Assembly (NCBI GenBank): GCA_030765185.1 | Contig: JAVCDE010000026.1 | Location: forward strand, 17,276 to 81,275 | Source: Candidatus Aceula meridiana | GTDB taxonomy: Bacteria; Omnitrophota; Gorgyraeia; Zapsychrales; Aceulaceae | DNA length: 64,000 nt | Reading direction: 5' to 3' | Shown: in pieces, positions 55,471 to 64,000 of the stretch | Position numbering within the stretch: position 1 is the stretch's first letter | How the letters are laid out: every line of letters begins with the position of its first letter | Notes under the pieces: generated by a model | Databases searched by the model: none | What the model was told of the DNA's origin: nothing | The model's input: only the letters and a program-made list of their open reading frames with translations | Position numbers and translations under genes: made by a program

Positions 55471-56895
55471 ATGAAAAAACACCTGACAACTATTATCGAA
55501 ATTACCGAAACACACGTTAAGTTTCTTGAGGCTGCTCTGTCGCGCAGAAAGCCGGTACTGTTACGGTCGTCTGTCGCGAAAATTACAGAGCCTTCCGAAC
55601 AAGGGATTTCTAAGCTTTTGACAACCATGGCTGACCCTCGCATGAAAAAAACTTATGTTGTGGCTGTTGTTCCTCGCAGGCAGGTCATGGTAAGGTATTT
55701 TTCTTTTCCGTCCCACTCAGAAGAAGAAATTAAAAAAATGATTTCTCTACAGGTTGTCCAGCAAGTGCCTTATGCGCGCGAAGACATTGTTTTTGATTAT
55801 ACAATTTTAGATAAGGACTCATCAGGCTATGCAAAAGTTTTAGCCGCTATTGCGCACAAAGAAGTGATCAGCCGGTATTTTAAAGTATTCGCAAAAGCCG
55901 GCCTCACTATCAACAGTATTGTTTTAAGTTCTATCGCAGTTGTCAATTGGCTTTCTAGTTACGAAAAGAAAGAAAAGACATCTCATGGCGTTTCTATTTT
56001 AAATATCGACACATCGACGAGCGAGATTTGTTTTTGCAAAAAGGGAAGGCTTCTTTTCTCACGCCATATTGGGTTTGGTGTAAAAGATTTAGGTGCTGAT
56101 CAAGAAGACGCTTTTGTTAGAGAAGTCGGGATGACGCTCGAGTCATATCAAAAAGAAAAGATTGGGCCGCTTCCTCAAAAGATTATCCTGCTGGCCCCGC
56201 CAGAGGCTATTGTTGGATTCTCGCAGAAAATTCAATCTGAGCTGCAGCTTAATGCAGAATTTATTGATCCGTATCAATATTTTATTGAAGCAAAAGAGAT
56301 TGCTATTCCTATCATTTCAAAAGGGGATTATTATTCTTTGGTTGTTCCGTCAGGGCTGGCTGTTAAAGGTGGACAGAAGAATTTTAATCTTTTGCCAAAA
56401 GTTGTCAGTGACCAGAGGAAGGCAAAAGCAAAAAAAAGCGCTTGGATAAAATTTTTACTGCTTGCTAGTTTAATTATTCTATTCGGCAGCGGGATTTTAT
56501 TAACAAAAGTGCAGCAGGAGAAAAATCGTTTTGATAACATTAAAGAGAAGCTAGCTGAACTTAAGCCCCGCATTGAGGAAATTAAGCGCAAAAAAGAACA
56601 CATCGAAGCTATCGAGAAATATTTGAATGTAAAGCCTTTGTCCGTGGACATTATTTATGAGTTGTATAATTTAACGCCCAAAGATGCTTCGTTTCGTCTT
56701 ATCTATGTTGACCCACAAGACAATGTAACTTTGCAGGGAATTGCAGAAAAATTATCAAGCGTTAACGGATTTCAGAGTCGTTTGGTAAATTCGTCATTAT
56801 TTACAAATGTTAATTTGCAGTATGCGACTCAGCGAAAGATTTTTCAGGGAGAGATAACAGACTTTAAAATAACGGCAGAAATCGTAAGGCCTTAA
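55471..56895 (+). CDS. GspL / PilM-PilN fusion-type assembly protein
   Basis: Actin-like N-terminal domain, NFNLLP motif, TM, PilN-like periplasmic domain. Confidence 0.82.
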   Translation: MKKHLTTIIEITETHVKFLEAALSRRKPVLLRSSVAKITEPSEQGISKLLTTMADPRMKKTYVVAVVPRRQVMVRYFSFPSHSEEEIKKMISLQVVQQVPYAREDIVFDYTILDKDSSGYAKVLAAIAHKEVISRYFKVFAKAGLTINSIVLSSIAVVNWLSSYEKKEKTSHGVSILNIDTSTSEICFCKKGRLLFSRHIGFGVKDLGADQEDAFVREVGMTLESYQKEKIGPLPQKIILLAPPEAIVGFSQKIQSELQLNAEFIDPYQYFIEAKEIAIPIISKGDYYSLVVPSGLAVKGGQKNFNLLPKVVSDQRKAKAKKSAWIKFLLLASLIILFGSGILLTKVQQEKNRFDNIKEKLAELKPRIEEIKRKKEHIEAIEKYLNVKPLSVDIIYELYNLTPKDASFRLIYVDPQDNVTLQGIAEKLSSVNGFQSRLVNSSLFTNVNLQYATQRKIFQGEITDFKITAEIVRP

Positions 56896-56915
56896 TAAAA
56901 TAAAGGAACAAGGGC

Positions 56916-57452
56916 ATGGCCCAATTTAATCCTAGCCAAAGAGAAAAGTGGATTTTTATTTCTTGTATTCTGATGATTTGTATTTACATCGGATACCGTT
57001 TTGTTTTTATTGCGATGCAAGAGGAAGAGACATTCTGGAAGGCAAAAGTTTTAACTGCCCAACGAAAAGCAAGGAAGGACTTAAGCGTTCTTCGCGAAGA
57101 GTTCTCCGTTAATGCACGCTATGGTGAATATCTAAAAAGGCTAAAGCAAAAAACTCCAGATACTCAAGAGATGGCCTCGATTTTATCAGAGATCGAGTCT
57201 ATCGCCGGCAACATCAACTTAAAAATTGAAGATATGAAGCCGAAAAAGATTAAAAAACAAGATTTTTATAATCATTTTTCAGTTAACATCCGCATCAAAG
57301 GGGACATGGGAACTATCACAAAGTTTCTTTATGCCCTTCAAGCCAAGCCTCATTTTTTTCATATCAATGAAATGCGTCTTGAAAAACGTTCAGCCCGGAC
57401 TCAAGAAATTAAATGCGAGATTGTGGCAAGCCGCTTGCTGATCCAGCAATAG
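56916..57452 (+). CDS. PilO/GspM-like assembly protein
   Basis: SQREK + TM + coiled coil, IKGDMGTITKFLYAL. Confidence 0.8.
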   Translation: MAQFNPSQREKWIFISCILMICIYIGYRFVFIAMQEEETFWKAKVLTAQRKARKDLSVLREEFSVNARYGEYLKRLKQKTPDTQEMASILSEIESIAGNINLKIEDMKPKKIKKQDFYNHFSVNIRIKGDMGTITKFLYALQAKPHFFHINEMRLEKRSARTQEIKCEIVASRLLIQQ

Positions 57453-57607
57453 CGTTAGCCTTCCTATAAATACGTATATAAACATAAGCTACGCGTGTGA
57501 GGGGTAATTTGGACATGTGATTTACGTTACTGCCGCGGCCGTAAATCGTCTCTTTATTAAAAAATTCAGCTTTTTTCTTGTTCACCCTATTAATATTTGT
57601 TAATCTA

Positions 57608-57641
57608 TAAGTACAACTCTCTGAGTAGAGAGTTGTACTTA
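57608..57641. promoter_or_regulatory. Perfect 15-bp inverted repeat just upstream of the MerR-like gene (candidate operator/hairpin)
   Basis: TAAGTACAACTCTCT-GAGT-AGAGAGTTGTACTTA. Confidence 0.6.
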
Positions 57642-57646
57642 AGTCT

Positions 57647-57871
57647 ATGAAGCATATATATTTAATAAAAGATTTAGCCCTTGAAACAGGGTATTCGACC
57701 CATACTTTAAAGTATTACCTCAAGGAAGGACTTTTTGAGGAAATGGGGCGTAGCCCGTCGACTAATTTTCGATATTTCGACGAAGGGGCAATCATGTGTT
57801 TGCAGAAAATCCGCAAGATGAAAAACCGCGGGCTTTCTTTAAGCGAAATAAAGGAAAGATTGAAGAATTAA
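57647..57871 (+). CDS. Small MerR-family HTH DNA-binding protein
   Basis: IKDLALETGYSTHTLKYYLKEGL...NFRYF...GLSLSEIK. Confidence 0.85.
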   Translation: MKHIYLIKDLALETGYSTHTLKYYLKEGLFEEMGRSPSTNFRYFDEGAIMCLQKIRKMKNRGLSLSEIKERLKN

Positions 57872-58707
57872 TGAGTTATTACCAAGCTTTACGTCTTAAA
57901 AAAGAACCTTTCTCGACGTCTCCGGATCCGGAGTTCTTTTATCATTCTAGAGAACATACAACCGCGTTAAAACGGCTAGAAATTGCTGTGCGCCTAAAGC
58001 GGGGCTTAAGCCTTATCTTAGGCGATGTTGGCGCAGGAAAAACAACCTTGTCGCGTGCCTTGTTGCAAAGTTTTGCCGGTGAAGAAAAAGATTTTATTTT
58101 TCACATGATCCTTGATCCGGATTTTAAAAGCGAATATCAATTTTTGTCGCATCTTACAAAGATGTTTGGAGTTTCGCCGTTTATGCGCTCGGCTATGGAT
58201 CATCGCGAGGCCATTGAAAAATATCTTTTTCAAAAAGGTGTTGAAGAGGGAAAGACAATTATTTTATTAGTCGACGAGGGACAAAAGCTTTCTATGCCGT
58301 TTATCGAAATTTTGCGAACGCTTTTAAATTATGAAACGAATGAATATAAATTACTCCAGCTGGTTATTTTAGGGCAGATGGAACTTTTACCTCGCATTAA
58401 GAAGGTGAAGAATTTTATGGATCGCGTTGCCTTAAAGTATATTATTAATCCCTTAGACGAGAGAGAAACCGAGAAAATGATTGATTTTCGTCTTCATCAG
58501 GCTGGCTTAAACGGCAACAGCCCGTTGTTTAGTCATGAGGCGATTCGAAGAATTTATGAAATTACACAAGGGTATCCACGTCAGATTACGCTTTGTTGCC
58601 ATAACGCACTTGAACGTTTGGTAATGGATGGGCGGGAAACTATTACAGTGGAACTTATTGATTCGTTAGTTGCAGAAGAGCAAAGGTGGCTTGAACATGT
58701 CGCATGA
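57871..58707 (+). CDS. ExeA/GspA-family AAA ATPase
   Basis: PFSTSPDPEFFY, GDVGAGKTT, LLVDEGQ, LGQMEL, GYPRQI; TAATG overlap with MerR stop. Confidence 0.9.
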   Translation: MSYYQALRLKKEPFSTSPDPEFFYHSREHTTALKRLEIAVRLKRGLSLILGDVGAGKTTLSRALLQSFAGEEKDFIFHMILDPDFKSEYQFLSHLTKMFGVSPFMRSAMDHREAIEKYLFQKGVEEGKTIILLVDEGQKLSMPFIEILRTLLNYETNEYKLLQLVILGQMELLPRIKKVKNFMDRVALKYIINPLDERETEKMIDFRLHQAGLNGNSPLFSHEAIRRIYEITQGYPRQITLCCHNALERLVMDGRETITVELIDSLVAEEQRWLEHVA

Positions 58708-59287
58708 GGATTTACCCGAAGACAAATTATTAAATCTTATCCGAAATGGAAAGGCGAAAGATTCTTCGGAGAAAAAGGGACTAAGCCCTTCTTCCGTTGG
58801 GCCAAAGCCTTTAAGGCCGGTGCAAGAAAAAAAAGCAAGGAACTTCTTGGGCCCCATCAATAGACTCATGCTTATTGTTGTAGCGGGATTGTTAGGGTAT
58901 CTTTGTTATGAATTGTTTTATGAAAGCAAGGCTGAAGAAAGCATTCTCGAAACCGCTGCATCTCAGCCGGCTCAACCTGTTACTGTTATTGCCTTAGAGG
59001 AAAAACCTCTTTCTTATTATGAGAATCAAATTAAAAAGCGTGATATTTTTGAAAGGCCTAAGCAAGGTGTCGTCGCAACGGCCGCAGACAACGCGCTTTC
59101 AAAGAATTTTAGGCTTGTCGGAATTGTTTTAGGCGAAACCCCGGAGGCTATTGTTGAGGATGTCCTTGGAAAAAGGACATTATTTTTGCACGTTGGCGAC
59201 AAGGTTGAAGAAGCAGAAATTATTCTTATCGAAGAGGGAAAAGTTACATTCTTTTATCAAGAAGAAGAATTTGAGTTAACGCAATAA
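58697..59287 (+). CDS. GspC/PilP-like membrane-anchored T2SS accessory protein
   Basis: Single TM, RDIF, FRLVGIV...AIVED...GDKV; lies directly before the secretin. Confidence 0.65.
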   Translation: MSHEDLPEDKLLNLIRNGKAKDSSEKKGLSPSSVGPKPLRPVQEKKARNFLGPINRLMLIVVAGLLGYLCYELFYESKAEESILETAASQPAQPVTVIALEEKPLSYYENQIKKRDIFERPKQGVVATAADNALSKNFRLVGIVLGETPEAIVEDVLGKRTLFLHVGDKVEEAEIILIEEGKVTFFYQEEEFELTQ

Positions 59288-59310
59288 TTGAAAAAATATA
59301 GGAGATTTTT

Positions 59311-61017
59311 ATGAAAAAAATATTAATGTTGTGCTTTATTGTTGGTTTGGGCATTTTTTGGTGTAGTGCCGGAGGAGCCCAGACTTCGGGACAAACGTCC
59401 TCAGTTGATAATGCTTTGGATTTGTTTGATCAAGATGAGCAGGCAATCATAAAAGAGGCTTTAGGCGAGCCTGTGGCTGCCCCTGAGCCTATTGTCGAGC
59501 CTGTCGCTATGTCTGTTAGCGAGCCGGCTGCAGAAAAAGAACTGGTTGCCACCAAGCAACAAAGAACAGGTCCTATTTCAAAAGAGCAACAAGGGACAGC
59601 ATCTTCTTCCGTGAGGGAGGTCGGCGGAAGGCTCGTACTTGATGTTTTAGAGCTTAAAGATATGGATATTGTTGATGTTCTAAAGCTTATTTCAAAAAAA
59701 AGTGGGCTTAATATTGTTGCGGGTGCCAATGTCCGCGGGAAAGTAACGATTTATTTAAAGAATGTTGATGTTCGTGATGCGTTAAGAATTATTCTTGAGG
59801 CCAATGGCCTAGCCTTTGTTGAGGAGAATGACATTATTAAGGTTTTGACCGGAAATGATTTTGAAACGCGTTACGGTTATCAATTTGGACGTCAGACAGA
59901 AACGCGCATTGTTCAGCTTAAAAATGCCTCTGCGGCTGATTTGGTAGCAGCATTAAATCAGATGAAGAATTCGACAGGCTCTGTTGTCGCTGATGCGAAT
60001 TCTAATACCGTCATCATGACCGACCAAATTGATAAAATTATTATGATGGAGAATTTTGCGCACCATGCTGACATTCCCATAGCCTCGGAAATTTTTACCC
60101 TTAAATACTCTAAGGCGGAAGAGGTGGCAAAGAAAATTGAAGGGACTTTGACAAAAGGCATTAGTCAGATTGAATGGGATGAGCGATCGAATAAAATTAT
60201 CGTAACTGATACATCTGAGAAAATTAAAGAAATTTCCAAACTTGTTGAGGCTTTTGACGAAAAGCAGTCACAAGTTTTGATAGAAGCTAAGATCATCCAA
60301 GTTGTTTTAAGTGATACATTCAAGTTTGGAGTAGACTGGGAAGCTATTGTCCGTGATTATCACACGCTTACTTTAAATTCGGCTTTTAATGTTATATCAG
60401 ATACGGACAAAAGCGGAACGCTAAGCATTGGTACGATCGATGACGATGATTATGATGTTTTGATTGAAGCTCTTGAGACTGTTGGAGACACGAACACACT
60501 TTCGAGTCCTCGTATTCTTGCCATTAATAATGAAGAGGCAAAAATTTTAGTTGGGTCTAACGAGCCATATATCACCAGTGAAACCATCACAACAGCATCA
60601 GGGCCGGCAACAACATCAGAGAGTGTTAATTTTATTGATGTGGGTGTTAAATTGTATGTGACTCCAAAGATTCACGGAGATGGATACGTGACGTTGAAGA
60701 TTAAACCTGAGGTAAGTTCAGTTACGCGTTACCTCACAACAAGTACTAACAATGAGATTCCGATTGTGGATACGTCACAGGCAGAGACCACGGTTACCAT
60801 TAAAGATGGGGTAACAATTGTTTTAGGCGGCTTGATTAAAGATGAAGATATCGATAATGTTAACAAGGTGCCCCTTTTGGGCGATATTCCTTTTTTGGGC
60901 GCTGTTTTTCGTAATAAGAGCCAGACGACCCGTAAAACAGAGTTGGTTATTTTCTTAACGTGTCATATCGTTGGCGGGGATGTTGACGTTGAGCCAAAAA
61001 CAACCTTTATCGAATAA
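59311..61017 (+). CDS. gspD: Secretin (GspD/PilQ family)
   Basis: Signal peptide, N0/N3 domains, QVLIEAKIIQV, VKLYVTPKI, KVPLLGDIPFLGAVFR, ELVIFLT. Confidence 0.93.
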   Translation: MKKILMLCFIVGLGIFWCSAGGAQTSGQTSSVDNALDLFDQDEQAIIKEALGEPVAAPEPIVEPVAMSVSEPAAEKELVATKQQRTGPISKEQQGTASSSVREVGGRLVLDVLELKDMDIVDVLKLISKKSGLNIVAGANVRGKVTIYLKNVDVRDALRIILEANGLAFVEENDIIKVLTGNDFETRYGYQFGRQTETRIVQLKNASAADLVAALNQMKNSTGSVVADANSNTVIMTDQIDKIIMMENFAHHADIPIASEIFTLKYSKAEEVAKKIEGTLTKGISQIEWDERSNKIIVTDTSEKIKEISKLVEAFDEKQSQVLIEAKIIQVVLSDTFKFGVDWEAIVRDYHTLTLNSAFNVISDTDKSGTLSIGTIDDDDYDVLIEALETVGDTNTLSSPRILAINNEEAKILVGSNEPYITSETITTASGPATTSESVNFIDVGVKLYVTPKIHGDGYVTLKIKPEVSSVTRYLTTSTNNEIPIVDTSQAETTVTIKDGVTIVLGGLIKDEDIDNVNKVPLLGDIPFLGAVFRNKSQTTRKTELVIFLTCHIVGGDVDVEPKTTFIE

Positions 61018-62055
61018 ATGATGAGTAATTATTTCAGATATTGTTTAACTTTTAGCTTGGCAATTTTTTTGCTGACAATAGGTGGCTGCGCATCTGCGCC
61101 GAAAGGTGGCCCCGGCGTTCCACAAAAAGATCTTGTTCTTAAAGATTTGTGCGTGCGTTATGGAATTAGTTGTGTTTTAGATAGCGTGAGCCAGGTCATC
61201 ACACTAAAACGTAAAGGCGTTAAAGCCAAGGCTATTCTCGCAAGTGATGTGGTTGTTGTCGATAGCAAGAAAGTCAGATTAAGCAAAGCGGTTTGGATGT
61301 CCCGGGGGACAGTTTATGTTCCAGATGACTTTAAAAGGAAGGTCGTTCAGCCGATGTTTGCCAAAACATCGCCATTTGTGCAGAAATTCCGCAAAGTTAT
61401 GCTTGATGCCGGCCACGGCGGCAAAGACCCCGGAGGTATCGGTAACCTCGGTACACGCGAAAAAGAAATTGTTTTAGATATCGCCCAACGGATTCAAGAA
61501 TCTTTAAAAAGAAAAGGCATAGACGCTGTTTTAACAAGAAACAGCGATCAGTTTTTAGAACTAGGAGATCGAACGGCGCTTGCACAGAAAAAAGGGGTGG
61601 ATTTATTTGTTAGTATTCATGCTAATATTGATACGAGCCATAGCGCGCGTGGAATTGAGATATACCATTTAAGGCCTCTTGATACAAAATCATGGGCTGA
61701 AACGTATGCACCTAAGAATTATCAAGTATTGTTTAAAAATTTTAAGATGAAGCAAGGAGATGAAACTTTAGAAAAAATACTCACGGATATGATGTATTCA
61801 CACAAGCAGCAGGTGTCCTATCAACTTTCAAGATATTTAGCTGATAAAATTTCTAAGAAAGTCGGGACAATAGACAGGGGTGCTAAAACAGCAGGATTTT
61901 ATGTTTTAAAAAATACGCTTGTGCCGGCGGTTTTGATTGAAGTAGGATTTTTATCACATCCGAAAGAAGAAAAGAGCCTTTGTTGCCAGGAGTACCGGCA
62001 AAAACTTGCGGATAGTATTGCGGAGTCTTTGATCGATTATGCCGCCTATTATTGA
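61018..62055 (+). CDS. N-acetylmuramoyl-L-alanine amidase (Amidase_3), lipoprotein
   Basis: IGGC lipobox; LDAGHGGKDPG, FVSIHAN, AVLIEVGF. Confidence 0.93.
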   Translation: MMSNYFRYCLTFSLAIFLLTIGGCASAPKGGPGVPQKDLVLKDLCVRYGISCVLDSVSQVITLKRKGVKAKAILASDVVVVDSKKVRLSKAVWMSRGTVYVPDDFKRKVVQPMFAKTSPFVQKFRKVMLDAGHGGKDPGGIGNLGTREKEIVLDIAQRIQESLKRKGIDAVLTRNSDQFLELGDRTALAQKKGVDLFVSIHANIDTSHSARGIEIYHLRPLDTKSWAETYAPKNYQVLFKNFKMKQGDETLEKILTDMMYSHKQQVSYQLSRYLADKISKKVGTIDRGAKTAGFYVLKNTLVPAVLIEVGFLSHPKEEKSLCCQEYRQKLADSIAESLIDYAAYY

Positions 62056-62102
62056 TTTTAAAGTTTCGAGAACGCTTGAGTTAAAAATAAAGGATAAAAT
62101 TT

Positions 62103-62900
62103 ATGAATAAAAAAAATTATGCGCTTGGTGTTTTTGATTCAGGGCTAGGGGGCTTAACGGTTGTCCGCGAACTAAAGCGGCAGTTACCCAAGGAAGACAT
62201 TGTTTATTTTGGGGATACGGCACGTGTTCCTTATGGGACAAAGTCAGCGCAGTCTATTGTTCAGTTTTCGGAAGAGAACGTTCAGTTTTTACTAAAACAT
62301 AAAGTTAAAATTATTGTAGTTGCCTGCAATTCTTCATCGAGTTTTGCCATTTCGGTATTAAGAAAGAAATTTTCTTTACCCGTTGTCGGTGTTATCGAAC
62401 CCGGCGCTAAAAAAGCTATTGAAGTTTCAAAGAATAAAAAAGTCGGTGTTATTGCAACGTCAGCAACCATTCAAAGCGGTAAGTATTCTAAGACGATAAA
62501 ACGGTTAAGCAAAAAGATGAAAGTGGTAAGCCAGGCCTGTCCTTTGCTTGTTCCTCTCGTGGAAGAAGGGTGGTTTGAGAAGAAGGCTACTTTTGATATT
62601 GCCAAAGAGTATCTTTTGACGATTAAAAAGTCTGGCGCAGATGTGGTTATCTTAGGTTGTACGCATTATCCGATTTTAAAGCCTGTTATCAGCCGGGTTT
62701 TAGGGCGAAGGGTGAACCTGATTGATTCTGCAAAAGAAGTTGCGTGCGAAGTTAAAGCAATTCTTAAAAAGCATAATCTTTCCCAAGACAAGAAGCGCAA
62801 GGGAAGCTGTAAGGTTTTTGTCAGTGATAAGCCGCAGCATTTTAAAAAGTTGGCAAAACGTTTTTTAGGGTATAATATAGGCCATATTAAGAAGGTATGA
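62103..62900 (+). CDS. murI: Glutamate racemase
   Basis: FDSGLGGLTV, VPYGTKS, ACNSSS, LGCTHYP. Confidence 0.96.
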   Translation: MNKKNYALGVFDSGLGGLTVVRELKRQLPKEDIVYFGDTARVPYGTKSAQSIVQFSEENVQFLLKHKVKIIVVACNSSSSFAISVLRKKFSLPVVGVIEPGAKKAIEVSKNKKVGVIATSATIQSGKYSKTIKRLSKKMKVVSQACPLLVPLVEEGWFEKKATFDIAKEYLLTIKKSGADVVILGCTHYPILKPVISRVLGRRVNLIDSAKEVACEVKAILKKHNLSQDKKRKGSCKVFVSDKPQHFKKLAKRFLGYNIGHIKKV

Positions 62901-62903
62901 TTT

Positions 62904-63263
62904 ATGTATAAACTAACAGTCAAAGGCGATTTTGCCGCATCCCATAGCTTGCGTAATTATGAAGGCAAGTGTAAAAATTTGCATGGCCATACCTGGAAAG
63001 TTGATGTCGGGATTTCTGGCAAAGAATTAAACGCAACAGGAATGTTGGTTGATTTTAAAGAAATTAAGAACAGCCTTAAAAACGTTTTAGAACAGTTTGA
63101 TCATCAGCACCTCAACGACCTTGAGCCGTTTCAGAAAATTAATCCCACATCTGAGAATATTGCCAAGGTTATTTTTGATAAAATATCCAAAGAAAATGCT
63201 TGTGCCGTCTCTGAAGTAACGGTTTGGGAATCTGAAAACGCAAGCGCTACGTATTCTCCATGA
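62904..63263 (+). CDS. queD: 6-carboxy-5,6,7,8-tetrahydropterin synthase
   Basis: CKNLHGHTW, DHQHLND, PTSENIA, VWESE. Confidence 0.94.
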   Translation: MYKLTVKGDFAASHSLRNYEGKCKNLHGHTWKVDVGISGKELNATGMLVDFKEIKNSLKNVLEQFDHQHLNDLEPFQKINPTSENIAKVIFDKISKENACAVSEVTVWESENASATYSP

Positions 63264-63931
63264 AAACAAAAAAAGCCGTTGTGCTTGTTTCCGGTGGATT
63301 AGATTCAGCGACAACACTTTATTACGCTAAGAATAAAGGATTAGAGTGTTTTTGCCTCATTTTTGATTACGGCCAGCGTCATAAAAAAGAAATCCAAAAA
63401 GCAATCCGTATCGCAAAGGTTGCTAGCTGTTCCTTTAAAGTTGTGAAGATTGCTTTTCCCTGGAAGGGCTCGGCGCTTTTGGACAAGACGACGCGTTTGC
63501 CGCAAGGGCGTCCTTTGAAGAAAATAGTTAAAGAAATTCCTTCAACTTATGTCCCGTCAAGGAATATCATTTTCTTAAGCTTTGCAGCTTCTTATGCCGA
63601 GGCCATTGGTGCGCAGGAAATTTTTATCGGTGCCAATAGTTTAGATTACTCGGGTTATCCGGATTGCCGCCCGGAATTTTTTAAGTCTTTTCAGGCTGTT
63701 TTAAAGAAGGGAACAAAAGTAGGTGTCCAAAGCCAATCGATTAAGGTTCGCACGCCGTTAATTCAAAAAACAAAAGTCCAAATTATCCGTATGGGGCTAA
63801 AATTAGAAGTTCCGTATCAGCTGACGTGGTCTTGTTATCAGGGTGGCAAAAGACCATGTGGCAAGTGTGATAGCTGCCTTTTACGCCAAAAAGGCTTTAA
63901 GCAATTAGGGCAGAAGGACCCTTTATTATGA
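63260..63931 (+). CDS. queC: 7-cyano-7-deazaguanine synthase
   Basis: SGGLDSAT, YGQRH, YVPSRN, GYPDCR, TWSCY, CGKCDSC. Confidence 0.96.
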   Translation: MKTKKAVVLVSGGLDSATTLYYAKNKGLECFCLIFDYGQRHKKEIQKAIRIAKVASCSFKVVKIAFPWKGSALLDKTTRLPQGRPLKKIVKEIPSTYVPSRNIIFLSFAASYAEAIGAQEIFIGANSLDYSGYPDCRPEFFKSFQAVLKKGTKVGVQSQSIKVRTPLIQKTKVQIIRMGLKLEVPYQLTWSCYQGGKRPCGKCDSCLLRQKGFKQLGQKDPLL

Positions 63932-64000
63932 TGGGATTCTTTACTCCAAAAGCAAAAATTGTCGAAGTTTTTAAGTCTATCCAGGGTGAGGGAAAATACT
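63928..64000 (+). CDS. queE: 7-carboxy-7-deazaguanine synthase (5' fragment, runs off window)
   Basis: MMGFFTPKAKIVEVFKSIQGEGKY: EVFxSIQGEG motif directly after queC. Confidence 0.85.
   Translation, partial: MMGFFTPKAKIVEVFKSIQGEGKY

Noticed and set aside
62904-64000. queD/C/E as a DNA 7-deazaguanine modification (dpd) island
   Set aside because: They follow murI in a housekeeping operon and no dpdA-type genes are visible; ordinary queuosine synthesis is more likely.

Overview
AT-rich bacterial chromosomal window, inferred to be Omnitrophota (OP3)-like from the giant gene and the family signature of the gene at 25018. The first 24.5 kb is the 3' part of one giant ORF. Frame +1 is open from base 1, so the protein is >8,170 aa and starts upstream of the window. 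It is a string of about 20 unrelated modules: 2x Nudix, LMW-PTP, 2H phosphoesterase, TPR, RelE-like, 2x GNAT, HD, SelO-like, RelA/SpoT-ACT, a 1,671-bp duplication, a CNF1/CheD-like Cys-His motif, a tandem Fluc/CrcB pair, a P-loop kinase remnant, an ECF sigma factor and a transglutaminase-like/TPR module. Almost all junctions carry a short [AVILK]-S-S-[ASNT] linker. Several linkers are related at the DNA level and flank modules as direct repeats, and there are two internal signal peptides (one Sec-like, one with a textbook Tat RRxFLK motif). Together these suggest a cassette-assembled, possibly processed polyprotein. Next comes a c-di-GMP-I (GEMM) riboswitch with a terminator ahead of a 1,381-aa exported protein that reuses the same linker and has a vWA MIDAS motif. 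The rest is mostly housekeeping: U32, GT-C, comM, PAP2, LD-transpeptidase, accA, rlmN, PilZ, tRNA-Leu/Ala, birA-bioF-bioH-bioC-bioD/A (fused, with a BirA operator), mnmA, pgi, a T2SS/T4P-like cluster (E,F,G,H,I,J,K,M/N,O, small MerR, ExeA, C-like, D), amidase, murI and queD/C/E. All domain calls come from motif recognition by eye and were not checked by database search.
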